A DNA stretch of 64,000 bases, taken from assembly GCF_964213995.1 (NCBI RefSeq), contig NW_027590155.1, forward strand, positions 496,001 through 560,000. Direction: 5' to 3'. Each line of letters starts with the position of its first letter. The stretch's first letter is position 1. The DNA is from Mustelus asterias (taxonomy: Eukaryota). A program made the position numbers and the translations under genes. Of this stretch, positions 51,850 through 64,000 are shown piece after piece. The notes under the pieces are model-generated. The model had not been told where the DNA came from. It was given only the letters and a program-made list of their open reading frames with translations, and made no database searches.

Positions 51850-52692
51850 ATGGAGAAACCGTGGAAATGTGCGGACTGTGGGAAAAGATACAGAGCCCCA
51901 TCTCTTCTGGCAGCTCATCGGCGCAGCCACACTGGGGAGAGACCATTCACCTGCTCTCAGTGTGAGAAGGGATTCACTTCTTTATCCAGCCTGCAGAAAC
52001 ACGAGCGAGTTCACACTGGGGAGAGGCCATTCACCTGCTCTCAATGTGGGAAGGGATTCACGCAGTCATCCCACCTGCAGACACACCAGCGAGTTCACAC
52101 TGGGGAGAGACCATTCACCTGCTCTCAGTGTGGGAAGGGATTCACTCAGTTATCCAGCCTGCAGACACGCCAGCGAGTTCACACTGGGGAGAGGCCATTC
52201 ACCTGCTCTCAGTGTGGGAAGGGATTCACTTGTTCATCTAACCTGCGGACACACCAGCGAGTTCACACTGGGGAGAGACCATTCACCTGCTCTCAGTGTG
52301 AGAAGGGATTCACTCAGTTATCCAGCCTGCAGAGACACCAGCGAGTTCACACTGGGGAGAGGCCGTTCACCTGCTCTCAGTGTGGGAAGGGATTCATTCA
52401 GTTATCCGCCCTGCGGAGACACCAGCAAGTTCACACTGGGGAGAGACCATTCACCTGCTCTCAGTGTGAGAAGGGATTCACTCAGTTATCCAGCCTGCAG
52501 AGACACCAGCGAGTTCACACTGGGGAGAGGCCGTTCACCTGCTCTCAGTGTGGGAAGGGATTCATTCAGTTATCCAGCCTGCAGACACACCAGCGAGTTC
52601 ACACTGGGGAGAGACCATTCACCTGCTCTCAGTGTGAGAAGGGTTTCAGAGTTTCATCCCAGCTGCTGAGACACCAACAGGTTCACGAGTGA
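51850..52692 (+). CDS. Intact C2H2 zinc-finger protein ZNF-E (10 fingers, no effector domain visible)
   Basis: accATGg start; [10 protein letters not shown] followed by nine near-identical 84-bp FTCSQC units (finger 4 has His->Arg); stop at 52692. Confidence 0.88.
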   Translation: MEKPWKCADCGKRYRAPSLLAAHRRSHTGERPFTCSQCEKGFTSLSSLQKHERVHTGERPFTCSQCGKGFTQSSHLQTHQRVHTGERPFTCSQCGKGFTQLSSLQTRQRVHTGERPFTCSQCGKGFTCSSNLRTHQRVHTGERPFTCSQCEKGFTQLSSLQRHQRVHTGERPFTCSQCGKGFIQLSALRRHQQVHTGERPFTCSQCEKGFTQLSSLQRHQRVHTGERPFTCSQCGKGFIQLSSLQTHQRVHTGERPFTCSQCEKGFRVSSQLLRHQQVHE

Positions 52693-52944
52693 TTCCAGGG
52701 GTTGGATTCTGCTGTTATTGTTTCTGCTCTCAGTTGCATCCAGGACTGCATTTTGTTCATTCTCACAGTTGGTCAATGGGAAGGGTCAGAGGGTTTCTTT
52801 GTGTTGGACTGGCCGGTCTCAGCCTCCAGTGGGCTGATGCTCTTTGAGTCTTTTTGCGAATACCTGGTTTCAAATGTCACAAGGATCAGAGAGTGACAGG
52901 GTGTTAGGAAGTTTAGAGATATTTAGTCAGAAGAAAACAGAGGT

Positions 52945-54075
52945 TGGCAGTGCAAAGGTACATTTCTGAATGGAGGGCTGTGACAAGTGACATTCCTCAG
53001 GGATCAGTGCTGGGACTTTTGCTGTTTGTGATATATATAAATGATTTGGAGGAAAATGTAACTGGTTTTATTGATAAGTTTGTGGACGACACAAAGGTTG
53101 GTGGAATTGCGGATAGCGATGGGGACCGGCAGAGGATACAGCAGGATATAGATCAGTTGGAGACTTGGGTGGAGAGATGGCAGATGAAGTTTAATCCGGA
53201 AAAATGTGAGGTAATGCATTTTGGAAGGTCTAATACAAAGAACAATACAGCCCAGGAACAAGCCCTTCGGCCCTCCAAGCCTGCGCCACTCATGTGCCCA
53301 ACTAGACCAACTAATACAGATGGGAAATATACAGTAAATGGCAGAACCCTTCGGAGTATTCATAGGCAGAAGGATCTGGGTGTACAGGGACACAGGTCAT
53401 TGAAAGTGGCAATGCAGGTGGAGAAGATAATCAAGAAGGCATACGGCACGCTAGCCTTCATTGGCTGGGGCATTGAGTTTAAAAATTGGCAAGTCATGTT
53501 GCAGCTTTATAGAATCTTAGTTAGACCGCACTTGGAATCTAGTGTTCAATTCTGGTCACCACACTACCAGAAGGATGTGGAGGCTTTGGAGAGGGTACGG
53601 AAAATATTTATCAGGATGTTGCCTGGTGTGGAGGGCATTAGCTATGAGGAGAGGTTGGAGAAACTTGGTTTGTTCTCAGTGGGACGACGGAGATTGAGGG
53701 GGGCGACCTGGTAGAAGTCTACAATATTATGAGGGGCATGGACAGAGTGGATAATCAGAAGCTTTTTCCCAAGGTGGAAGAGTCAATTACGAGGGTCATA
53801 GGTTTAAGGTGCGAGGGGCAAGGTTTAAAGGAGATGTACAAGGCAGGTTTTTTACACGGAGAATGGTGGGTGCCTGGAACTCGTTGCCGGGGAAGGTAGT
53901 GGAAGCAGATACGATAGTGACTTTTAAGATGTGTCTTGACAAATATATGAATAGCATAGGAATAGAGGGATATGGTCCCCGGAAAGGTAGGGGGTTTTAG
54001 TTCAGACGGGCAGCATGGTTGCTACAGGCGTGGAGGGCCAAAAAGCTTGTTTCTGTGCTGTAATTTTCTTTGTTC
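52945..54075 (+). mobile_element. CR1 LINE RT/3' fragment
   Basis: [18 protein letters not shown]...FVDDTK...RPHLESSVQFWSP. Confidence 0.92.
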
Positions 54076-54296
54076 TTCATTCTGTTTGGAACATCCCAAA
54101 TGCTCATCCAATTTCCTTTTTAATTGTTTATTGTCTCCACTTCCTCCACCCTCGTAGGCAGCGAGTTTCAGGTCATTACCATTCGCTGCATCAGAATATT
54201 CTTCCTCACATCTCCCCCCCCACTCCCACTCCATCCCCCCCCCCAGCCCCCACTCCCCCCTCCCACTGCCCCCCTTGCATCTCTGACCCAAAACAA

Positions 54297-54925
54297 GCAA
54301 TCTTTGTGTCATCCGCAAACTTACTAATCAGACCAGCTACATCTTCTTCCAAATCATTTATATATATCACAAACAGCAGAGATCCCAGTACAGAGCCCTG
54401 CGGAACACCACTAGTCACAGAGCTCCAATCAGAAAAAGACCCCTCCACTGCTACCCTCTGTCTTCTATGGCCAAGCCAGTTCTGTACCCATCTAGCTAGT
54501 TCCCGTGAGATTTAACCTTTTGCACCAGCCTGCCATGAGGGACCTTGTCAAATGCTTTACTAAAATCCATGTGGATGACATCCACGGCCCTTCCCTCGTC
54601 AGTCATTTTTGTCACCTCCTCAAAAAACTCAACCAAATTTGTGAGGCATGACCTCCCTTGCACAAAACCATGTTGTCTATCGCTAATGAGATTATTCAGT
54701 TCTAAATGTGTACAGATCCTATCTCTAAGAATCTTCTCCAACAATTTCCCTACCACGGACGTCAAGCTCACTGGCCTATAATTACCAGGGTTATCCTTGC
54801 TACCCTTCTTAAATAACGGGACCACATTTGCTATTCTCCAATCCTCTGGGATCTCACCTGTGTCCAATGAAGAAACAAAGATTTCTGTTAGAGGCCCAGC
54901 AATTTCATCTCTTGTCTCTCTCAGT
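54297..54925 (-). mobile_element. CR1 LINE RT fragment
   Basis: [36 protein letters not shown]. Confidence 0.92.
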
Positions 54926-55046
54926 AACTGGAAGTCCCTTCCTAACAGCACTGTGGGTGTACGTACACCTCAGGCATTGCAGCAGTTCAAGAAGGCACCC
55001 TTGGGGTTGACCATGGCCAAGGCAGCTACATACAGCCACATATTGT

Positions 55047-56530
55047 GTTATAATTGAAGGACTGCAGATTGAATGTGAGGCATTGTGGGACTGGACTATC
55101 TTGACCATATTCCTGTGACTGCCCGGAAATTCATGTGTCTGTTTTAGTTTATAATGGAGGATTTCTGGGAATAAGTTAATTGCGGAAATATTAAGCATAG
55201 CCTGGAGGAATTTGGAATAACTGAGAGTTTTATCCCCAGATAAAAAACAAAGATTTTGCTGGTGTTTGGGTGTAACGTGTTTGGGATTTTAAATCACCAA
55301 AGACAAGATGTTGCCTCTAAAATCAGTCCTTGTAGGTTGGCTTAAAAAAGGTGAAGTTATAATGAAGGATCTTGGATCTTATTTTAATCAAGGAGTTGTG
55401 AGCTTGTAGTGCTCTGTCGCTTTAAGAAGTTATAGCTGCGAGAGAGAATGCTGAGGATTCATTGACTGAAATTTACGAGCTGTGAGAATCTGTGTGTTTT
55501 GTTTGTTTTATGTGGATGTTTGTAGATGTGTTTTATCATTGTTTTGGGCTACATTTGTTAAGTTTTATCGTTCTGGAGAATTAACCTTACCTTGAGTCTT
55601 TAATTAAAGGCATTTTTGGAAGTTTAAAAACAGGATCACAAGAACGCTTAAGTAATTAATTTTGGTTATTGTTGTTGTAAAGCACATGTTAGGTTTCTCT
55701 GTTTGTGTGTGGATGATATTTCTGGGTTGAACGCTTCAAACTTTGAGGTTTTCTGTCTGTGATTTAAATCAAACAGATTTTTAAAAAAGGAAGTGTGATC
55801 AATAAAACTTTTTTTGTTCAGAAGTTATGAACCTGGAGCCATATTTACTGGCCAGAGACAGGATTCCAGGATATTTTACTAAAGATGTGGGAATTTTAAT
55901 CCGGATACAATTCACCCATATGAGAATGAGAGTTTTAATTTGTAATGGTTATTTAAAATTTGACACATGTGAAATGATTCTGACCAATCCTGTGTTGGAT
56001 TGATCTTGGGTTAAACTTCCTGTCAGGTCCAAAGATTTATTCCTAACGCAAGTAACACAAAGAAAAGGAAAATTCTGGAATTGGATACTGAAGAAAAGAG
56101 TTTAAAAAGAGAGAGTATTAAATAGAAATGTTCCCAGACCATGTGGTCATTAGATTAAAACAAAGGAAGAGTGCTGACGTCCATTTGAGAACTTTTAATC
56201 CGCCCCATTTCTAACGAAGGGAGTCTATGTACAAAGAAAGCCCAAGAAAGACCCCCCCCCAAGGGGGGGTCTGGAAAGCATCATGATGGGGGCACCTGTC
56301 CATGAGATGATCACAAAGCCCCATAATGCCCAGATACTAATTTTATTGAACCTATAATGTATGTAATCTATCACCATTCTGATTGGATTGTGTCCAGCCG
56401 GGATGGGCTGAGTAACTGGATAAGAATTGATGATATTCTGTGTTGGGTGGAGTTACACATGGTCAGCCCCTGTGGCTTCTCCCCGCTGGCGTAACTCAAT
56501 AAACTGTTTGTCGATTGAATCATTCACAAC
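55047..56530 (+). mobile_element. Possible LTR-like insertion (~1.5 kb)
   Basis: Starts TGTTA and ends AACA, with AATAAA ~30 nt before the end; abuts the Gypsy integrase remnant. No clear TSD. Confidence 0.35.
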
Positions 56531-58330
56531 ACACTGGGTACATTCCCACTTCATCCTCGGGAGTGGCCTGATAGGCCGTGGTCCAGACTAAATGTGGCCT
56601 TTGGGGGGCCTTTCATGAAGCACATGTGTTTGGTCGTTGTAAATGTGCATTCAAAATGGTTGGAAGCACAGATCATGAGTAATATTCCAGCTCCTGAGAC
56701 AATAGAGAAGCTCTGTCAAATTTTCACAAGCCCTGGGTTACCAGATTGGCTTGTTTCAGATAACGACACTCTGTTAACAAGTGAGGTGTTTCAGGAATTC
56801 CTGTAAAGGAATGGTCTATGCCATGTGCGTCCTGCACGGTAGCACAGTGGTTAGCACTGCTGCTTCACAGCTCCAGGGACCTGGGTTCGCTTCCTGGCTT
56901 GGGTCACTGTCTGTGTGGAGTTTGCACATTCTCCTCATGTCTGCGTGGGTTTCCTCCGGGTGTTCCGGTTTCCTCCCACAGTCCAAAGATGTGCGGGTTA
57001 GGTTGATTGGCCATGCTAAAAATTGCCCTTAGTGTCCTGAGATGCGTAGGTTAGAGGGATTAGTTGGGTAAATATGTAGGGATATGGGAGTAGGCCCTGG
57101 GTGGGATTGTGGTCGGTGCAGACTCGATGGGCCAAATGGCCTCTTTCTGTACTGTAGGGTTTCTATTTCTATTTCATTTCACTGTTTCATCTGGCTACAA
57201 ATGATCTTCATGATGTGGAGATGCCGGCATTGGACTGGGGTAAACACAGTAAGAAGTTTAACAACACCAGGTTAAAGTCCAACAGGTTTATTTGTTCGCA
57301 AATGCATTTGTTAGCTCGTGGCATTTGCTAACAAATAAACCTGTTGGACTTTAACCTGGTGTTGTTAAACTTCTTACTGTACAAATGGTCTCACAGAAAG
57401 AGCTGTTCAAACTCTGAAGGAGGGATTGAAGAGAATGGCAGGCGATACTTAAAGAACAAGCTCTCAAGATTTTTGTTCCAGTTTCACATCACACCACAAT
57501 CCACAACCGGACTCTCTCCTGTGGAATTTTTAGGTAGAAGGTTGACGTCTCATCTGGATCTGCTTCACCCAGATCTCAGAGCAAAAGTGAGCAGGAGACA
57601 AGAGAAGCAGAAGGAGGGACACGACTACCGTGCTAAAGAGAGGCAGTTCAAACCGGGTGATCAGGTTTACATCAGAAACTTTGGGAGTAACCAAAGGTGG
57701 TTACCGGGAATAATTTTAAACCAAAGTGGTCCAGTATCTTGGGTGGTGAGACTGTAAAACGGAAGAGTTGTTCGCAGACACCAAGACCATATTCGCTTGT
57801 GGTGTGACCCCGAGTCAGGAACAGTTTCAGAGTCAGCAACCATTACTGAGAACATGGCAGAGGGTCATGCTGCTGTGGATGTTCACCAGGAAATGGTTCC
57901 AGCTTTGCCAGTTGACTCTGCTGTGGGAGTGGAAGAGGAATGTTCATGTACAGATTCTCAAACTACCTCTTCACCTCCCATTCCAGAAACACCATTACAA
58001 GATTTACCAGTGGTATTGTACAGGTCGCAATGCAACCACAAAGCTCCTGACAGACTTCTGTATTGTTAAAGACATTACTTTGTTGTATCTCTCTCCTAAT
58101 GGGGGATTGAAATTTAAGGGGAGGAGAAGTGTTACAGAGTGTTCTTCTCAGCCTCTCTCCCTTCTGAGCACGTGCGGGCTTTGGCCGGGGTTTCAGTCTG
58201 CAAGTCCAGGCTGGTTCCAATGCTCCTGTTTCCTTTTGTTTGCCAATGATTTTTAAACTTTGTTATTTATTTATATAAATAACATTCTGCTTTTAACAAT
58301 ACATTTGACTACCTTATTTGTGGACTGAAG
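56531..58330 (+). mobile_element. Gypsy LTR retrotransposon integrase remnant with PPT; nested HE1 SINE (~56835-57170) and palindromic Penelope-derived element (~57213-57380)
   Basis: EWPDRPWSRL..FGGPF..VVVNVHSKWLE..GLPDWLVSDN; TPQSTTGLSP..LGRRL; RWLPG; purine tract aaggggaggaga at ~58116. Confidence 0.85.
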
Positions 58331-58454
58331 TTCCCAAATTGTAAAGCAGGCGATTAGTTAGATGGACAGCCTGAATTGAGAGACAATTAAAGAATAAATG
58401 ATGCATTAATACAGATGTTAGAAAGGCGAGAATGTAAATTTGAACACAAAAGGG

Positions 58455-58728
58455 TGGCCCGGTGGCACACTGGTTAGCACTGCTGCCTCAGCGCCAGGGA
58501 CCTGGGTTTGATTCCCGGCTTGGGAGACTCTGTGGACTTTGCATGTTGTTCCCGTGTCTGCCTGGTTTTCTTCCGGGTGCTCTGGTTTCCTCCCATAGTC
58601 CGAAAGATGTGCTGGTTAGGTGCATTGACCATTCTAAATTCTCCGTCAGTGTACCCGAACAGATGCCAGAGTGCGGTGACTAGAGGATTTTCCCAGGAAC
58701 TTCATTTATTCGTGTCACAAGTCGGCTT
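58455..58728 (+). mobile_element. HE1-like V-SINE at the 5' breakpoint of the TM duplication
   Basis: ggtggcacactggttagcactgctgcctcagcgccagggacctgggtt... Confidence 0.85.
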
Positions 58729-60108
58729 ATGCAGACCCATATAAATACACAAGCACATACTTAGACTCAAATAAATACATATATTAGCACACGTTCACGC
58801 TGATAGGAATATAGATATAAAGACACACAATGTTATACACATTCACAAACATATATGGAAATACATATAAACAAATCACCAGACTGCATACAGAAGAACA
58901 GACAGCAAAACATTTACACACAAACATGTAGACGCAAACATTAACATGCTCATAGAACAGAACACCATAGCACACATTACTGCACATCGAAACACAAATA
59001 TACATCAACGCACCGTAAGAAAGAATGTTATCGCGTGTATACATACACTGACATGTTAACAGGCGTGCACACAGACACATGGAGAAACAGACGCACACAG
59101 AAAGGGAAACAGTAAGTAGTTACCTGATGAAGGGGCAACGCTCCGAAAGCTCGTGCAACCAAATAAACCTGTTGGACTTTAACCTGGTGCTGTGAGACTA
59201 TTTACTGTGCCGACCCCAGTCCAACGCCGGCAACTCCACAGAAAGGGAAACAAACATTACTAGAGTGACAGAAATTAACACAGAGCAATAGGCATAAACA
59301 CATGTGCACGCATTAAGAATGGCATTAATATATATTCATAGACTTCACACAATAATAGTCATATATACACAATGACAAAAGAATAAAATATGCGCACAGA
59401 TGCAGACACACAACTACACAAATCAACAATCACTGGCAAATGTACGCGCACATTAACACTCATAATCACATATTAACTCAGAGCCAAAGATTAATGCAGA
59501 GCACGAGATGCTCATGCACACGCACACAAATGCAAAATCTTCAATACAAACGGTAGGCAAATGATGAAAGTACAATTTAAACGTGACTTTTTAATGGAGA
59601 TATCCACAGATTTATTATCCCAATGTACAATGAACAGATAAACACGCTGAGAAACTGAATTAAGCTCACGATCTACTAAATATTTCCACCATAAAGAAGC
59701 ACAGATCGGAAATTACATCCCAACTCTTAAACAACAACATTCACAGTTTACAGATCAGTAACCATCTGTGAAAACAATCATTGATCAGTGAACGTTCCTC
59801 GATATCAGTGATAATATTCTTCAATAAGGGATAGTTCGAATTGTTAAAAAATCAACTGATTTTCGAGAAAACATCTTCAGTGCTTTCTGACATGGACTGT
59901 CCAAGGAATGTCAATAAAGATCAGGTGTGAAAATAGTTACGGAGATCGGTTACTGAGTGTCCTGAGCTTAAGAGTAGGTATACATTGAAAATTAAGTTCA
60001 AGAATAAATGAACAGTTTAAAAAGGAGAACGGGGAAAAGAAAAATAACAATAAGATTACCTGGAGAAACAAAGTAATCTAATTTCATATCCTGGTCTCCG
60101 TCCCCTAG

Positions 60109-60236
60109 ACTCCACCGACCGCATCTGGATTGAAGACAATGAGGATGATAACAGTAACATCTGGACAACGGCTTCCACATTCATTGTCCTGTTCTTCCTG
60201 AGCATTTTCTACAGCACTGCGGTCACTCTGGTGAAG
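60109..60236 (+). CDS. IGHM: Second (orphan) IgM TM1 exon
   Basis: Same peptide as 31730-31857 (one synonymous AGC->AGT seen); AG/GT intact; use unproven. Confidence 0.75.
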
Positions 60237-60372
60237 GTGAGATGATTGAATGCACTCACATATCAAACTGACAGAATGGACTTGAAAAATCTCTCAATGT
60301 TCCATTAAAAACTCTAACTTTAATGTCCCGCATCATAAACATCTGCTTCATTATTGTATCTTTCTTTTACAG

Positions 60373-60381
60373 ATCAAGTGA
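60373..60381 (+). CDS. IGHM: Second (orphan) IgM TM2 exon (IK*)
   Basis: ttttacag|ATCAAGTGA; downstream AATAAA retained at ~60834. Confidence 0.7.
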   Translation: MK

Positions 60382-61418
60382 TGGGTTGAATTTTGGATGC
60401 TGCAGATTTCCCTCAGCTGATTATTATGATCTCCGTATGACACAAATACAATATCTGCTCTTGGTGACTCTATCAGTAAAATTCTCTCAGTTTATCATTC
60501 TGAATCTGTAACTGAGACAATCGTAGACGGTATTTCAGTTTTCAGAGTGAAAAGTACGAGGCATTTTTTGTTATAATGTAATTGTGGTTAACAGTTTCCC
60601 CATAGTTTAAATATCATGTATAAATAAGAAACTTTTCTCATTCCTTATCCATATTTGTTAATTCCTCTTTCTATTAAGGTCCTGTTTTCTCTTTCTGGTG
60701 TATGTAACAGATGTACAAATATTGACGGATTCCCTGTGCATGTGTTGTGTTCTCAATGTGAAGCTCGATCGTTAAATTCACTTTTCTAACTTTAAAAAAT
60801 AATGTCGCTGTAAAATATTCTCTGAATTTTTAAAATAAATATTGAATGAAAATTTAACCATCTCTGGCTTGGCTTAATTCCGTTTTCCAAAGCCCATCAA
60901 CTCCGCCCCATATTCCATATTATACGGTTTCCCCTCTTTCCCAGACATGTCTGTTCCCCCAGTCCTGTGCGGGATGTGTTTGAACTCAAGGCCGTTCAGT
61001 GAAAGAGTCACTGCGCCACCCAGTGGCCAATCCGTATAAAGACACCTTCATCTCTGCCTTTTTATGATAAAATCCAGAGACAGAGCGAGTGAAGAATGAG
61101 AAGAACCGCGGTGATTTCACTTATAAACTGGTCTGTCACTGACCGAGTTTCAGGTAATTCTAAAAAGCAAAGGCCGATGCAGGACAGTGTGTGGCAGAAG
61201 ATAGTTTCCTTTACACTGCCCCTTAAAAAAGCTATCAGTGTCGCTGCAGCGTGGGTTAACAGTGTGAATCTCTCTATATTTCGTCCGATGAAATACTTAC
61301 AAGGCAGACATGCCACAAGCTAGATAGAGAACACATCCAGAGCAGAGGTGCAAACCATGAGGTGAAACCAAGAGACTGAGGTGCATTTCACATAAGCACA
61401 TAATAGATTACAAATTTC

Positions 61419-62225
61419 GGAAAGCGGAAATGTCCTCCGTGCCTTTTTCTACCGCGCGGAGGCGTTTCCTGTGCGGGCTGCTGCTGCACACCTTCCACTA
61501 CCGCCTCCTCGCCTGTCGCCCGGATACAGCTTGGCGGGCCTTGTTGCCGCCGGGCGGCGGAGGTCCCCGCTGGAGGTCCCTCTATGGAGGGATCTCCCCC
61601 AACTACGTCGGGGACCTGGGGTGGAGGGTGATGCATGCAGCAGTGCCGCACAACCGTAGGATTCACTGGTTCACGGGCTCCGAAGACTGCCCTTTCTGTG
61701 GCCTGGTGGAGTCCGTGGACCATGTCTATGTTTTGTGTCTTAGGCTGCACGCCCTTTTTGTTTTGCTAAAGAACCTTTTATTGATGTTTTGTTTGCACTT
61801 CAGTCCCACGCTCCTGATCTATGGACACCCGGTGCGGAGAGGGGAGGGTCGGGATGGCGACCTCGTCTTGAACCTGCTCCTCGGCCTGGCGAAACACGCC
61901 ATTTACCGGTCCAGGCAGCGGGCGATCAAGGGGGCCATCCATCCTGACTGTCTTGCCCTCTACAGCGGCTACGTTCGCGGCCAGGTGTCCCTGGAGAGGG
62001 AGCATGCAGTGTCCACGGGCGTGGTTGACGCCTTCTGTGCCCGTTGGGCACCGCACGGGTTGGGGTGCGTTATTGACCCTGACAATCACATTTTAATTTG
62101 ATGTTTTTAAGTTTCCTTTGTACTTTGATTTCTGTTCGGGCTGTTCCTCCTCCTTTTGGGGAGCTGCCCCTTTTACTTTGTCCTGATTTAATCTGAGTTT
62201 GTTTATTTGGTTTGACCTAAAAAGA
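61419..62225 (+). mobile_element. Tx1-like (L1 clade) LINE 3' end, ORF2 zinc-binding C-terminus
   Basis: ORF 61430-62101 DLGWRVMHAAV...CPFCGLVESVDHVYVLC...LLLGLAKHAIY; T-rich 3'UTR. Confidence 0.85.
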
Positions 62226-62592
62226 GGGCAACATCTGGGAGGAAATCAATGTTTCCCCCTTTCCATTTATTTTCTCATTCTGGGGGAAAATGGGGACTTG
62301 CAGCAACTGAAGGGAATGAAGTGAATTCGGTCTGTATATTCCACCCATTTTTACTCCAGTAATGTAGACATTTATCTGTCTGGCAGCCTGCATGGAGATT
62401 TCCAGCTCTCTGTGTCCAGGACAGGAAGCAGTGAGCATAGATCTGTCAATCAGCCTCAATCAGCACCTTCAGGAGAATTGGGAGGGTGAATATTAGATAC
62501 AGCAGAGTGAGAATGGAGGGAGAGTGTGTGGGATGGAGATTCACAGCTTTTGGGGAATGAGAGAAGAAAGAATGTTCCATAGAAATTAGAAT
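62226..62592 (+). repeat. Inverted copy of 48961-49329 (ZNF upstream/intronic cassette)
   Basis: Reverse-complement near identity; the ORF track shows the shared MQAARQ.NVYITGVKM peptide on opposite strands. Confidence 0.9.
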
Positions 62593-62599
62593 GATAATA

Positions 62600-64000
62600 T
62601 GGCGGCCGGTCCCGCCTCCGACTTGGATTTAGCTCGACCTTGCTCTACAGCAGAACCAGTCGTGGTGCCACAGGCCTGGTTGCTGCTGGTATTTTCCCCT
62701 GTCTATTTCAATCCCCCCCCCCCCCCCCCGACCACCCCCCGCAACAGTATCCAAAACGGTATACCTGTTTGAGAGGGGAGTCGCCACAGGAGACTCCTGC
62801 ATTACATGCCTGCCTGACCTGGCAGTCACCCATCTATCTGTCAGGACTTGTGGTTTGACACCTTCTTGAAGCTAGTATCTATAGAGTCATATAGTCATAA
62901 AAGTTTACAGCATGGAAACAGGCCCTTCGGCCCAAATTGGCATGCCGTCCCTTTTTTTTAAAGCCCTTAAGCTGATCCCAATTGCCCGCATTTGGCCCAT
63001 ATCCCTCTATACCCATCGTACCCATGTAACTATCTCAATGTTTTTTAAAAGTTAACTATCACACTCTCTATCACACTTACTTCCCCCTGTATACTCCACC
63101 GCCATAGAGTCATAGAGGTTTACATCATGGAAACAGACCCTTTGACCCAACTTGTCCATGTCGCCCTTTTATTAACCACTAAGCTATTCCCAAATGCCCA
63201 TGTTTGGCCCATATCCCTCCATACTCATTTTACACATGTAACTGTCCAAAATCCTTTTAGAAGACAAAATTGTATCCGCCTCTACTACTACCTCTGGCAG
63301 CTTGTCCCAGGCATTCACCACCCTCTGTGTGAAAGAATTGCCCTTCTGTACCCTCTTGTAGCTCTCCCCTCTCACCTTAAACTTACCCACTCTAGTTGTA
63401 GACTCCCCGACCTTCTGGAAAAGATGTTGACCATCAAACTGACTATGCCCCTCATTATTTTATAGATCTCTATAAGTTCACCCCTAAGCCTGATACCATC
63501 CAGGGAAAAATGTCCCTGTATATCCAGTCTCTACTTATAACTCAAACCATCAAGTCCTAGTAGCATCCTAGTAAATATTTTCTGCACTCTTTCTCGTTTA
63601 ATAATATCCTTTCTATAATACGTTGACAAGAACTGTACACAGTCTTCCAAATGTGGCCTTACCAATGTCTTGTGCAACTTGAACAAGACGTCCCAACTCC
63701 TGTATTCAATGTTCTGACCAATGAAACCAAGCATGCTGAATGCCTACTTCACCACTCTGTCCACCTGTGACTCCAATTTCAAGGAGCTATGAACATGTAC
63801 CCCGAGAACTCTTTGTTCTGTAACTCTCCGCAACACCCTCCCATTAAATGATTAAGTCCTGATCGACCAAAATGGATCACCTTGCATTCATCTGAATAGA
63901 ACTCCATCTTCCATTCATCAGTCCACTGGCCCAATTGACTATGATCCCGTTGCAATCCTTGATAACCATCTTCACTGTCCACTAAGAACAAAGAACAATA
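62600..64000 (-). mobile_element. CR1 LINE fragments (ORF1 piece ~62600-62880, tandem 3' ends and RT C-terminus)
   Basis: VATPLSNRYTVLDTV; RPHLEDCVQFLS; FTQRVVNAWDKLP. Confidence 0.88.

Larger units (their letters stand above)
58729..61418 (+). repeat. Segmental duplicate of 30347-33021 (IgM TM region)
   Basis: Collinear and highly similar, with scattered substitutions and several small indels; both flanks differ from the first copy. Confidence 0.96.

Noticed and set aside
51850-52692. PRDM9 or KRAB-ZNF identity
   Set aside because: No PR/SET, KRAB or SSXRD exon recognisable upstream; only the repeat pattern is PRDM9-like.
56249-56272. agac(C)n-aa-(G)n-tct hairpin resembling a terminator
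   Set aside because: Short homopolymer palindrome inside a probable retroelement segment; bacterial-type terminators are irrelevant here.

Overview
Genomic DNA of a cartilaginous fish, most likely a shark (cluster-type Ig organisation, HE1-like SINEs). The core is one complete, apparently intact IgM heavy-chain cluster on the + strand: Leader-VH-D1-D2-JH (14277-16046), an ~8.3 kb J-C intron, CH1-CH4 with secretory tail (24393-28086) and TM1/TM2 (31730-31987). A VH pseudogene lies ~13 kb upstream. Downstream are three decayed tRNA genes, five KRAB-less C2H2 zinc-finger genes or pseudogenes around two CpG-rich bidirectional promoters, and an orphan ~2.7 kb duplicate of the TM1/TM2 exons (58729-61418). 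The rest is CR1, Rex/Babar and Tx1 LINEs, HE1-like SINEs, Penelope-like elements, copia/Gypsy remnants and simple repeats. Best leads: (1) a G-rich ~20-bp tandem repeat resembling a switch region, ~1 kb 5' of CH1; (2) the intact second membrane-exon cassette; (3) a sense-strand minimal hammerhead motif in the CH4-TM1 intron; (4) CTCF-like motifs bracketing the cluster; (5) a microhomology-flanked inverted templated insertion in a ZNF gene. All functional interpretations are hypotheses from reading the sequence by eye. Repeat boundaries are approximate.
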